Of a stretch of DNA of 64,000 nt, positions 13,411 to 22,959 are shown in pieces. This stretch comes from Macrostomum hystrix (taxonomy: Eukaryota > Animalia > Platyhelminthes), in the NCBI GenBank assembly GCA_950097015.1, contig CATNEN010000007.1:13330001-13394000 (forward strand), given 5' to 3'. A program made the translations under genes and the position numbers. The notes under the pieces were generated by a model. It was not told where the DNA came from. It saw only the letters and a program-made list of their open reading frames with translations, and made no database searches. Position 1 is the stretch's first letter. Every line of letters starts with the position of its first letter.

Positions 13411-16400
13411 TGCTTCTTTGGTTGCTTCTCTGTATTTTAACTGACTCTTTCTGGGAGAGTTAAGTCGCTGTTGTGTTTAATTAATGGACGTGCTTTCGCA
13501 CGTTTTATTCCTGCTGCTTGTCCCAAAGCGTCCTATCTATGCTGTTATCTGTCATGCTGCAAGAACGATGTACGTCTTCTAAATAGGGCTTTAAACGCGT
13601 AAATGATTAATTTAATTTTACTCGTGCAAAGCAGAACATTACCTTTTAGAGCTCAAATATTCAAAACTTTTAGGTTAGCTTTCTTTTTATTTTAGATGCT
13701 TCTCGCTTTCGCTTAAAATGAGCAAAATTAACCATTGCACAGGTATTTTTCTGTAGCTTAAGTTGATACGTAAAATATGAATATGAAACGCAAACGCAAA
13801 CGTATGCCTGTATGCAAAACTAAAATCTGACAACTCAGCTGCTTCTTCACTAAATATGCAGTAATTTCTTTGCCTATTTTGTCCGTTTTAGGAAATCAAT
13901 TACTTAACTCAGAATCGCAATCAAAAGTTCTACGCCGACAATTTTTGGCGTAGAATACGTTATTTATGAGGCGCTGACTAGCGCGAAGAAAACGTTTTTT
14001 AAGGTTCATCTTGTCTAGCCAACTCACCTTGTTATGAACAGAAGCAAATATCCTAGCAAATGGTGAAGTCGCATATTTGCCACATGCAAGTTTCCATATG
14101 CGCAAAGCAATAGAAATCTGTGAAGTAATCAGTAACAAAATCTGGATTTTAAATACATATTTGTTTAAACTTGAAACGGTTCATTTTTATCGTACTTATT
14201 CCTAATTACCATTATTATCATTTTGCGAACTTTTCCAATAATTGAATAAAATTATTTATTATTCACTTTTCTCTGCCCAAGCAAAACTGTCCGTTTCACC
14301 ACCCGCTCTCGCTATCAATAATTGAGCCGCCCCCTGACTCGCAAGCAAAATGCAAAATGATGTACATAATATTCAAACTGAGCGGTCGCACATCACAATC
14401 TGCAGTTGTTATATTGCAGTTTGTGCTGTAACTTCTCGTATAACCACAACTGCAATTAGGCTTTGATGCGCATTAACTTAATTTATTTAATACATAAATG
14501 AAGCTGTCTAAAAGTGTGTATGCATCCAATAAAACAGCTACAACTATGCACCTAACACACTACTGTCTTGTATACTAGAATTGAAGATTAAAGTAAAAAC
14601 TTTGCACGTCATTTTAACGGCCATGATATTCAACACTTTATTTGAAAACTGTTTTCATTCATGGCTTAGATTGTAGATCATGGATTGTTCTTAGTTACCA
14701 TAGGACGTTATCGGGGTTAGCAAATGACATTCAGTCTTGCATTTAATCGGGTGTAGTAATGCTAATATGAATGCTAAAGCCGAAGTACAGAGCATTTGCC
14801 ATGATTCATCAACCCTAGCGTATTTTTCTTCTAGGCAGTCTTCGGTGCAGTGCAGTAATAGAAGGATAAGCATACAAGCCTTGGTGCAAAATGAGATTTA
14901 CGGCTAGTGACTAGTGCGGTCACGCGTTTTAACAACCGGCACACGGTTAAGTGCTGCTCAGTTTTGCTGAGCTGCTAACATAGCGCGTTAGAGTGATCGC
15001 GCGTGAATGATGGAAGTCGATTTTGATAAATAAAACTGACAAGCATACGTCAGTTTATTTGCCCAGCCAGAGACGAGGCCATGTGTCGCCTGCATAATTA
15101 AACATCGATCACTTTTAGCTCTATTATGCATTCTCTATAATTTGATGAGCATTTTGGCGCAAGTGATTGATTGCCGAAGCCCTACTTGGAGTTTTTTTTA
15201 TGATTTTGCGATTTACAACAATTTTGTTAGCGTTGACCTTGTTTAAAAATGAACATTTTCTCGTGTCAAATGGAAATCACAGCGCGTCGTAACGGCTTAA
15301 AAACGAAAGCAACTCATGCCAAAAATATCCGAGGCTGATGCTAAAATATAATTGTTACACGTATACATGTAGTTGAAAACTTAAAGGGAGAATGCCGTAG
15401 AGCAATGAAGCTCATCGAAGCCTCTTTTAGCAGGCAGAACTGCATATATAGTGTTCAGGGACAGCGGGAACAATGACAGCTCATTCCGCTAACCCCTGGA
15501 CGACCGACGCGCCTTCATCGACGAATTTTTAGTGCCTTACTGACAGAGGCGTGTCCCGAGAAATATTACTCTGACCTGCATGCTGACGAAGTATTCAGCG
15601 GTTTCTTCACCCGAGTCACAGAAACTACAGGTGACGTTTGGGATATTGCTCTGAATGAACAGATCCCGGGAGAAGCAGCCATGTCCGCAGCCATATCCTA
15701 ACACGATCATAGCGTTGGTGTTGGGCGCAGGAGGCTGCAGAGCTGCCTGGTGCTTGTCTGCAGGTCCTGCAGTTCGCCCAAATTGAGCGATGCTGCATGG
15801 GTTTCGACCCGCGGTTTTATGCGAACGCTAATGACGCAGCCAGAAATCGTTACGAGGGGTTCAGAGCTGGCCCCAGTGAGGATCTTGATCGAGGCGTGTG
15901 TGTTTGCAAGCGTGTCTAGCTCTTTGCCTCTGATCCCCAAATGTCCCGGCAGCCGGCACCCATTTAAGGGTGTTGTCGGATAAAAAACTTGTTAAGAAGG
16001 GAAAACGCAGTGGATAACTATATAGCAGAGTTGGTATTTGGTACAAATAGCATGCAGTGTAGCTTTGCTATCGGAACAAAAATTGGCTCTACCGGCAACA
16101 CCAGTGGCGAGCAGCTCTGCACAGCAGGTTACGTGTGGACCTCGTTTTGGAAAACACTACAGTGGGTTGGGCACATGGGAGGCGATCTAATTCCCATTGA
16201 TAACGATACAAACGCCGAAACTGATATTACTTGACTGCTTCGAGCCGTTAATGTAGCAATGAAGCTCACCGAGGTTGCAGCCGTCATCGATGGCTTCTGG
16301 CGAGTTAATAGCGACCGTGAAGCGTTGTCTCGCATTAGGTCTTGAAATCATGTTATCCATGAGAATACGGTAAGCATCGAATTCATGGAGAAAGTTAGGC

Positions 16401-17228
16401 CACATTTCACTGTTTTTTGGAGTTAACAGCCGAGAGTCCCAGTTCTTTTTACAAAAGGTCTAAAGCGAAGGCTTGTTATAATAATATAATATAATCTGAT
16501 ATAATAATATAATAATAATAAGCCTAATCTTTTTAAATATAATTAATATAACTAAAGTTCACTTGAAATACTAATAATAGCCTTAGATTTAAAATGCTAA
16601 GAAATGCAGATATTAAATTTATAGAAATTATGACCATCTCACCTAGGGCTAGGATATAAATTTGAATCCTAAAAAATTGTGACATTTTCTTATATTAAAG
16701 GAAAATAAACTTTTTAAAGTATTTTATAAACATTGCCAAAAATTTTTGTATAGAACATTTCAATGGTACCGGATAAAACGAGGAAACGGACGCGGATCCG
16801 GACCGGATGCGTCGGATAAAACGCGGAAACGGACGCGGATCCGGACTGGATGCGTCGGATAAAACGCGGAATACGGAAATAGTTAGTAAAACGCGGATTG
16901 CGGAAACGGATGCGGATGCGGAAACGGATAAAAACGAGTTACATCGGATACTAACTATTTAGTCTGACACTTAAAAACGACAATACAGAGCCCGGAGACA
17001 AAAAGCGTAGAGTTTCTAGCTGGCGCTTTATGTGTATTTGCGATAGGCTAATGCTTCTTATAGTTACTAAAGATACTAAGCTTAACAAATGCACCCCAGA
17101 CCGGGGGAACTTGAGTTACTTGACTTAGCGGCAGGGAGCCTCCATGACGGACGCAGCGAGGAGGCGGCAGATGCCGCCCATATCGCTAACCCCTGGCAGC
17201 CAGACAGCCTCCAGCGAGGCGGTGCCGC

Positions 17229-20200
17229 TCAGGGTGGTCCGTCGGTCGATTCCGCCGCGCGATCTTCCTCGCCATAGGCTGGGAAGAAATCAGCTCGGCC
17301 GGTATCCCGGAGGAAGTGGGCGAGCTGTGGGATGTTCTCGGGCGAGCAGGCTTCGGCGAGAGTCGGTGCCGGCCCGAGATGTTTTAGCCTGGCCCGGGTG
17401 AAGGCCGGGCAGTGGCAGATGAAATGCTCTGCATTTTCGCGTCCGGAGCAGCAGAAGGGACACGTTTCCTCAGGCACGTGGCCTTGAAGGTAGCGGTGTC
17501 TGGTGAAGCAGCCATGTCCCGAAAGAGCCATAGTGACTGCTCTTAGGTCTCTGCGGTTAAGCCTGAGTAAGGCCTTACGCAGGTTACTAGAGGGGGTTGG
17601 CACCGCAGCCCTGGACTGGCGACAGTTCAGGGTGCTGGACCACCTCCTCCGGTGCTGGGTCTCCATCCAGCAGTTGATGCTGGAGTTGACAACTGAGATG
17701 GGGATCGGGGACTCCGGGCCCGGGCCCATCAGGGAGCTGGCTGCTCCAGCCTTAGCAAGCTGGTCCGCCATCTCATTCCCTGTGAACCCGGCATGCCCAG
17801 GGATCCACAGCAGCTCCACCTTGTTAGACTGCGCCAACCCGTTTAACTGGGTGTTGCAGTCCAAGGTGGTTCTGGAGCGAGAGGTGCAGCGGCTGAGGGC
17901 CTTGAGGGCTGCTTGACTGTCGGAGTGAAAAAAGATCCTCCGACCAGCCAGCTGCCTCTGGCGCAGCTCAGCCGCACAGAAGCTGATGGCGAGCACTTCG
18001 TTTTGGAAAACGCTAGAGCTCTTGCCACAGTATTGGGAGTGGGTCCAGAGGACCTCACCACCCGAGGCGACGCACACTCCGAATCCCGATTTACCGTTCA
18101 TCAGAGAGCCGTCAGTGTAACAGTAGACTGCCGGGTCATCCCAGCAGTCCTTTACCTCATTACGAGGGGAGATGCTGACTTTGTACCTGTGGCTCCGGAG
18201 TAAAGTGGCCGGGGCCCCGTCCGAAAGGATGGTGAGCCCTCCGCACTCGCCCAGAGTTTTCAGGCAGAGGTCAGAGTGAGGCAGAAGGGAGCGCTTCGAG
18301 AAGGCTCGCGAATTCTGGAAGGAGACACCCGCATCAAGAAGACGACGGGTGGACTTTGCTGCTTCCCCCTTGACGAAAATGTCAATGGGTGTAGCGTTGA
18401 GGAAAGCATTCATGCCTTCGAAGGGAGTGGAGGGTGGGGCGCCCAGCGTCATACGACAGGCTCTGCCCTGCACCCTATAAAGCGCCTCCAGGTTTTTCTG
18501 GATGCCCATGGCGCTGGCCCAGATGAGGCCAGCGTAAGCGACGGACGGTCTAATGATCGCCGTGTAAATCCACCAAAGGTTCTTGGGGGTTAGCCCCCAA
18601 GTGGTGCCCACGGCACGCCTGACTTGCGCCAGTATGGCCAGGGCCCTCTTGGCCTTTGTGGTGATGTGTGGGGTCCAGTTAAGCCTATGGTCTAGCACGA
18701 GACCAAGGCACCGGACCTGCTTTTCCATGGCAATATTCTTGCCATAGAGAGTCAGAGGCTCAATGGTCCAGAGCAGTTTGCTGGTAAACATAACCGCAAC
18801 GGTCTTGGACTCAGAGAGTCGGAGCCCGCATTGGTCCGCCCAGCGCACCGCCCTGTTGATAAAGCCCTGGATGAGGTCTCTGGTGGTTTCCGCCGAGGGG
18901 CCCGCGCAGATGGCGGTCACATCGTCGGCATATCCCACCTTCAGGACTGGGTCTGGACGAGTGCTTTTCAGCAGCTCATCCATGACGAGATTCCACAGCA
19001 GTGGGGTGAGGACGCCGCCTTGGGGCCCTCCTTTTAGGACAGGTGCCGAGAGCAGCCTTCCTTCGAGGTGGGCCACCACGTGGCGATGCCGGATCATGTA
19101 CATGACCCAGCGAACGAGGTGGGGGTGAGTGGCCCTGGAGACCAGGGCCTCCTCAAAAGCTTCGAAAACAACGTTATCGAAGGCCCCCTCAATGTCTAGG
19201 AAGACAGCCAGGGCAAAACCGCTGCCCAGCACTGCCTTCTCGAGAGTCTCCACGATGCAGTGGAGGGCGCTCTCCGTGGACCGGCCCGCCCGAAAGGCGT
19301 GCTGGTTTGGGGAGAGCGGGGCCCGCCCTAGCTCTACAGTAAGAAGGCGCCAAAGCACCAGTCTTTCCATGAGCTTGAGGCAGGTGGAAGTCAAACTTAT
19401 CGGGCGATAGGACTTGACCGAGCGATAGTCGCCTTTGGCGGGCTTCGGGATGAAGACGACCCGGGCTTCGTGCCACAGCGCTGGTACATAGCCCAGCACG
19501 ATGCAGGCCCGTAGAAGTCTGCAGAGGAGATGGAGGAAGCGGCCATTTTTGACCGCTTCATGCAAAAAGGCCGGATAAATACCATCTGGCCCAGGTGCTT
19601 TGAAAGGGTTGAATGACTTTGCCGCGCGAACGATGCGGTCATTCGTGACGAGTGACTGAGCCAGGCCCTGACCTCCACGTGAGTGGTCGTCTGGGCCAAA
19701 GTGCGCCGGTACACTCGGGAAGAAATGCCCTAGCATAAGCTCGAGCGTTTCCTCCGGGCGCTCCGTGATCGAGCCGTCTGGCTTTTTGATCGATGAGAGC
19801 TTGGAGAAGCGGTCGTTGGTGAGCGCCTTTACCACGCGGGCCGTGGGCCGCGAGCCCTCAAGCCCTTCGCAGTATTGTCGCCACTTGTCCGCTTTTGCCC
19901 TTCTGACCCGGCCCTTAAACTCATGGATGGCGCGAGTATAGGCCTCTTTGTCATTAGGGTCGTGCGAGATTTTCATCCTCCTCTGGAGAGCCTTTGCTCG
20001 GCGTCTCAGGACTCCGAGCTCGGGGTTCCACCAGGGGGCCGATTTTTTGCCTTTGTAGGCTTTGAGCGGGCAAGCCATTTCGTAGGCCTCTGTGATGGCG
20101 CCGCCCAGCAGGGCAGCCACTCCATCTAGGTCCTGCGTGGTTGCCATGGCCATGGAGGGGTCGGAATCCCGAAGGCCCTCATGCAGCTTTTGGCTGAACA

Positions 20201-20933
20201 CGGGCCAGTCGGTGTTTCTGACATTACGCCTCCAAATAGGCTTTTGCTTCTTATCGGGGGTACCGATGTTGAAGCGAATGAAGCGGTGGTCCGAGAGCGA
20301 GCTTTCGGTCTCCCACACCTCCCACCCCAGCACCCTTGGGAGGATGCCGGGTGAGGCCAGGGTGACGTCAAGCACCTCAGCCCACCGCCCATTGTCGAAC
20401 GTGGGCGTGTTGCCCACATTGCAGAAGTTAAGAGGCGTGCCGCTAACGAAGGCCAGGAGCTCTTCGCCGCGGTCATTGATTTTTGAGCTACCCCAGTGGG
20501 TGTGATGCGAGTTTGCATCTCCCGCGAGGAGCAGCTCAAAATTTCGTGCCCTGGCGAAATCACAGAGGGCGACGAGGGTATCGCTGACCACGGGGGCGTC
20601 GCCTGCCAGGTAGGCGGATGCCACGAGGGTCAACTTGTTGGGCACAATGTGTGCAGATTGGATGACGCAGATGTCCCCGTTAGAGAGATCGGGTCTCATC
20701 CACGCATTTAAGGCTTTTGCAGCATAGATCAGTGATCTAGGGCGGACAGAGTCTGCCATGCAGAAGCAGTCATAGCCAGCAGGAATGTTAATTGGCTTGT
20801 TTTTTGATAACCAGGGCTCCTGCACAAGTACAAGGCCCGGCATCGTGCGCTCTGTCGTGCGCATCAGATTGACTGATGCTGCCACGCAGTGCTGGGTGTT
20901 AACTTGCAGGCATGATATTCCGGGCATCATCAT
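17229..20933 (-). CDS. LINE ORF2: APE endonuclease, reverse transcriptase, RNase H, C-terminal CCHC (1234 aa)
   Basis: APE motifs LVQEPW, GDANSHH, SDHR. RT motifs [31 protein letters not shown]. RNase H motifs [26 protein letters not shown]...[10 protein letters not shown]-terminal CPFC...EHFICHC. Confidence 0.95.
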   Translation of the reverse strand: MMMPGISCLQVNTQHCVAASVNLMRTTERTMPGLVLVQEPWLSKNKPINIPAGYDCFCMADSVRPRSLIYAAKALNAWMRPDLSNGDICVIQSAHIVPNKLTLVASAYLAGDAPVVSDTLVALCDFARARNFELLLAGDANSHHTHWGSSKINDRGEELLAFVSGTPLNFCNVGNTPTFDNGRWAEVLDVTLASPGILPRVLGWEVWETESSLSDHRFIRFNIGTPDKKQKPIWRRNVRNTDWPVFSQKLHEGLRDSDPSMAMATTQDLDGVAALLGGAITEAYEMACPLKAYKGKKSAPWWNPELGVLRRRAKALQRRMKISHDPNDKEAYTRAIHEFKGRVRRAKADKWRQYCEGLEGSRPTARVVKALTNDRFSKLSSIKKPDGSITERPEETLELMLGHFFPSVPAHFGPDDHSRGGQGLAQSLVTNDRIVRAAKSFNPFKAPGPDGIYPAFLHEAVKNGRFLHLLCRLLRACIVLGYVPALWHEARVVFIPKPAKGDYRSVKSYRPISLTSTCLKLMERLVLWRLLTVELGRAPLSPNQHAFRAGRSTESALHCIVETLEKAVLGSGFALAVFLDIEGAFDNVVFEAFEEALVSRATHPHLVRWVMYMIRHRHVVAHLEGRLLSAPVLKGGPQGGVLTPLLWNLVMDELLKSTRPDPVLKVGYADDVTAICAGPSAETTRDLIQGFINRAVRWADQCGLRLSESKTVAVMFTSKLLWTIEPLTLYGKNIAMEKQVRCLGLVLDHRLNWTPHITTKAKRALAILAQVRRAVGTTWGLTPKNLWWIYTAIIRPSVAYAGLIWASAMGIQKNLEALYRVQGRACRMTLGAPPSTPFEGMNAFLNATPIDIFVKGEAAKSTRRLLDAGVSFQNSRAFSKRSLLPHSDLCLKTLGECGGLTILSDGAPATLLRSHRYKVSISPRNEVKDCWDDPAVYCYTDGSLMNGKSGFGVCVASGGEVLWTHSQYCGKSSSVFQNEVLAISFCAAELRQRQLAGRRIFFHSDSQAALKALSRCTSRSRTTLDCNTQLNGLAQSNKVELLWIPGHAGFTGNEMADQLAKAGAASSLMGPGPESPIPISVVNSSINCWMETQHRRRWSSTLNCRQSRAAVPTPSSNLRKALLRLNRRDLRAVTMALSGHGCFTRHRYLQGHVPEETCPFCCSGRENAEHFICHCPAFTRARLKHLGPAPTLAEACSPENIPQLAHFLRDTGRADFFPAYGEEDRAAESTDGPP

Positions 20934-20945
20934 GCAGACAGAGGT

Positions 20946-21887
20946 CTACTTGGAGGGGGACTCAGCCAGAAGGCGGTCCTCCTCCTCCGGGTCGATGTCG
21001 GTAGCCATGGGCTCCTCCGTGCCCCGGCCCCGAGCCAGAGGCGGGAACTCGACGGGGTCAGCCGCCCAGTCCCCACCCCCGGCCCCGAGCCCAGGCCCAG
21101 AGTCACCCTCAACCGGTGCCGACACCGCACCCTGGGCCGTGGGAGGGGCGCTCGAAGGGCCCTGCTCGAAGGAGCTGGGCACCTTAGAGGCCTCCCCCGT
21201 AGCCCTTGGTTGCGGCGCCTGCCCCGGTGGGCCACCGCGCATCTCAGCGCGCAGCTGGGCCATCCTGGCGGTTCGCACCACCTCGGAGGCCCGCTGGAGA
21301 AGGCCCCGGCGCTTTGTGATGCGCGCGGGGCGACACTCAGAGCTGCCAGCGATGGCACGCTCTGGCCTTTTTTGGCGAGACGACTGGGCCCTGCCCCCAG
21401 TCCCAACCTCGGGGTCCGAGGACCCTTCAGTGGCCGGTACGGTGGTGGGCCCGGTCTGACCTCGAGTTTTATCTGCCTCGAAGGCGAAGATTTTGGTCTT
21501 CCACAGACCAATGCAGATGTTGGCGCCATCTGGGTATCGACGTGTCCATTGCTCGGACAGGCCCAGAATGGCGGTGAACCCGGTGCCATCGGGGCGCAGG
21601 ATCGTGCGGTGCACGATCAGGCCCGCTGTCGGCAGCTCCCGGTTCATCGCGATGAGGCCCATGCGGAGGTCCTCAGCGCTGGTGACGACACTTTTCGCCG
21701 GGACGAAAATGCGGTGTCGCTTGGTCTTTGTGGAGGTTGTGGAGCGCTTAGCGCCCCGGTCATCGCGCGAGTTTGGCAGCGCGGCATTTGTGGCGGTCGC
21801 GGGGCCAGCTAGCCCGGGCGCCGCAGCGTGTATGGCCTCGGGCACCATGGTGTCCTCGGCCGGAGCAGTTGGAAGGCTGGAAGCCAT
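20946..21887 (-). CDS. LINE ORF1 (about 313 aa, no zinc knuckle; resembles LOA-clade ORF1)
   Basis: Open frame from ATG 21887 ending 12 nt before the ORF2 start. The segment LRMGLIAMNRELPTAGLIVH is reminiscent of LOA ORF1 (DUF4780-like); this is recall, not a search result. Confidence 0.75.
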   Translation of the reverse strand: MASSLPTAPAEDTMVPEAIHAAAPGLAGPATATNAALPNSRDDRGAKRSTTSTKTKRHRIFVPAKSVVTSAEDLRMGLIAMNRELPTAGLIVHRTILRPDGTGFTAILGLSEQWTRRYPDGANICIGLWKTKIFAFEADKTRGQTGPTTVPATEGSSDPEVGTGGRAQSSRQKRPERAIAGSSECRPARITKRRGLLQRASEVVRTARMAQLRAEMRGGPPGQAPQPRATGEASKVPSSFEQGPSSAPPTAQGAVSAPVEGDSGPGLGAGGGDWAADPVEFPPLARGRGTEEPMATDIDPEEEDRLLAESPSK

Positions 21888-22118
21888 TAGAAGCTGCAAT
21901 GAGGAGAGGGGCTTCCTGTAGACACAGGCAGGAATAACCCGCTCAGCCGCGATCCCAAAGCTGAGCGGGGGCAGCCAAAAAAGACAAGTTACAACCCGGG
22001 GTGGGATGCCAGGACCACCGGGAGGAACCGTAGGAGGCCAGACTACTCCCTGGTCAAGCGTCCATCAGCACGGTCAACACTGGGACATTAGAGGGCGCTA
22101 TTTGGCCAGCGCCGAGGC

Positions 22119-22481
22119 CTGCGGACTGGCCGCATACCCTGTTAAGGTCAAAGGGTGACACCTTTCCCTCAGAGCCGTAGCCAGAGGTACCTGATCACGC
22201 ACAGGTGCACGAACGCTGCGGACTGGCCGCATACCCTGTTAAGGTCAAAGGGTGACACCTTTCCCTCAGAGCCGTAGCCAGAGGTACCTGATCACGCACA
22301 GGTGCACGAACGCTGCGGACTGGCCGCATACCCTGTTTAGGTCAAAGGGTGACACCTTTCCCTCGGAGCCGTAGCCAGAGGTACCTGATCACGCACAGGT
22401 GCACGAACGCTGCGGACTCGCCGCATACCCTGTTAAGGTCAAAGGGTGACACCTTTTCCTCCAGCCGGGGCTAGAGGTACC
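22119..22481 (-). repeat. 97-bp tandem repeats (about 3.7 copies) in the LOA 5' UTR
   Basis: Units start at 22119, 22216, 22313 and 22410. The first three are nearly identical; the fourth is partial and diverged. Confidence 0.95.
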
Positions 22482-22860
22482 CAGTTAGGCCGGAGGCCCT
22501 GGATGGGTCATCCAGCGCTGTTGCCCATTCTGTCCGGCTGCCCTAGGGTCAGCCTTGAACACTCGCGGGACGTGTACCCATGGGTCAGCTGACGGGACAA
22601 CGTGGAGAGGATTCCTGCACCCGGAGGCACAGGGCTCCATTCCTGCCAAGCCTGCTCAAAAAACGACTGCAGGTGTGAGGCATCGCAGACCTTAGCCCGT
22701 AGGCCTGGTCTGACTCATACCACACAGGCATTGTGTCCCGCCGGTGCGAGCAGACCGGGGGAAAGGAGGATGTACACTAGCGCTATAAATAAATATTTTA
22801 CGAGTATAATTATTGTTAATCCATATTTTATTTGCTTCTCTTTATTCATTCTTAATATTA

Positions 22861-22959
22861 GTCTTAATTTATTTGCACTCCGGTGCAGAAACATGCCGCG
22901 ACCTCCTCGTGGTCAAGACGGTGAGCCGCGCTTTACTGCTGCGGCGGCCAACAGCGGCA
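22861..22959 (+). ncRNA. HDV-like self-cleaving ribozyme at the 5' end of the RTE element
   Basis: P1 GUCUUA (22861-66) / CAAGAC (22914-19). J1/2 hairpin UGCAC-UCCG-GUGCA. P2 UGCCGCG (22894-900) / C(A)GCGGCA (22952-59). P3 ACC/GGU with L3 UCCUCGU. P1.1 GG (22920-21). P4 GCCGC/GCGGC. J4/2 GGCCAA with the putative catalytic C at 22948. Confidence 0.8.

Larger units (their letters stand above)
17110..22750 (-). mobile_element. Full-length non-LTR retrotransposon, LOA/Lian-like (ORF1 plus APE-RT-RNase H ORF2)
   Basis: Perfect 13-bp TSD CAGACCGGGGGAA at 17097-17109 and 22751-22763. Two uninterrupted ORFs, about 860 nt of 5' UTR, and a short 3' UTR ending in AAGTCAAGTAACTCAAG rather than poly(A). 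Confidence 0.9.

Noticed and set aside
17140-17190. HDV-like loop sequence CCTCCTCGC in the LOA 3' UTR (minus strand)
   Set aside because: There is no consistent P1/P2/J4-2 arrangement; it is better explained by the simple hairpin GGCGGCA/TGCCGCC.
17500-21900. Many plus-strand and alternate-frame ORFs over the LINE (likewise over the Ngaro and Gypsy ORFs)
   Set aside because: Shadow ORFs of GC-rich coding sequence with no motifs of their own.
22119-22481. CRISPR-like array
   Set aside because: The units are contiguous with no unique spacers, the context is a eukaryotic LINE, and there are no cas genes.
22680-22750. HDV-like ribozyme at the LOA 5' end (contains GGCUAA and CAGACC/GGUCUG)
   Set aside because: There is no P3/L3/P1' between the paired strands, so it is only nested hairpins.
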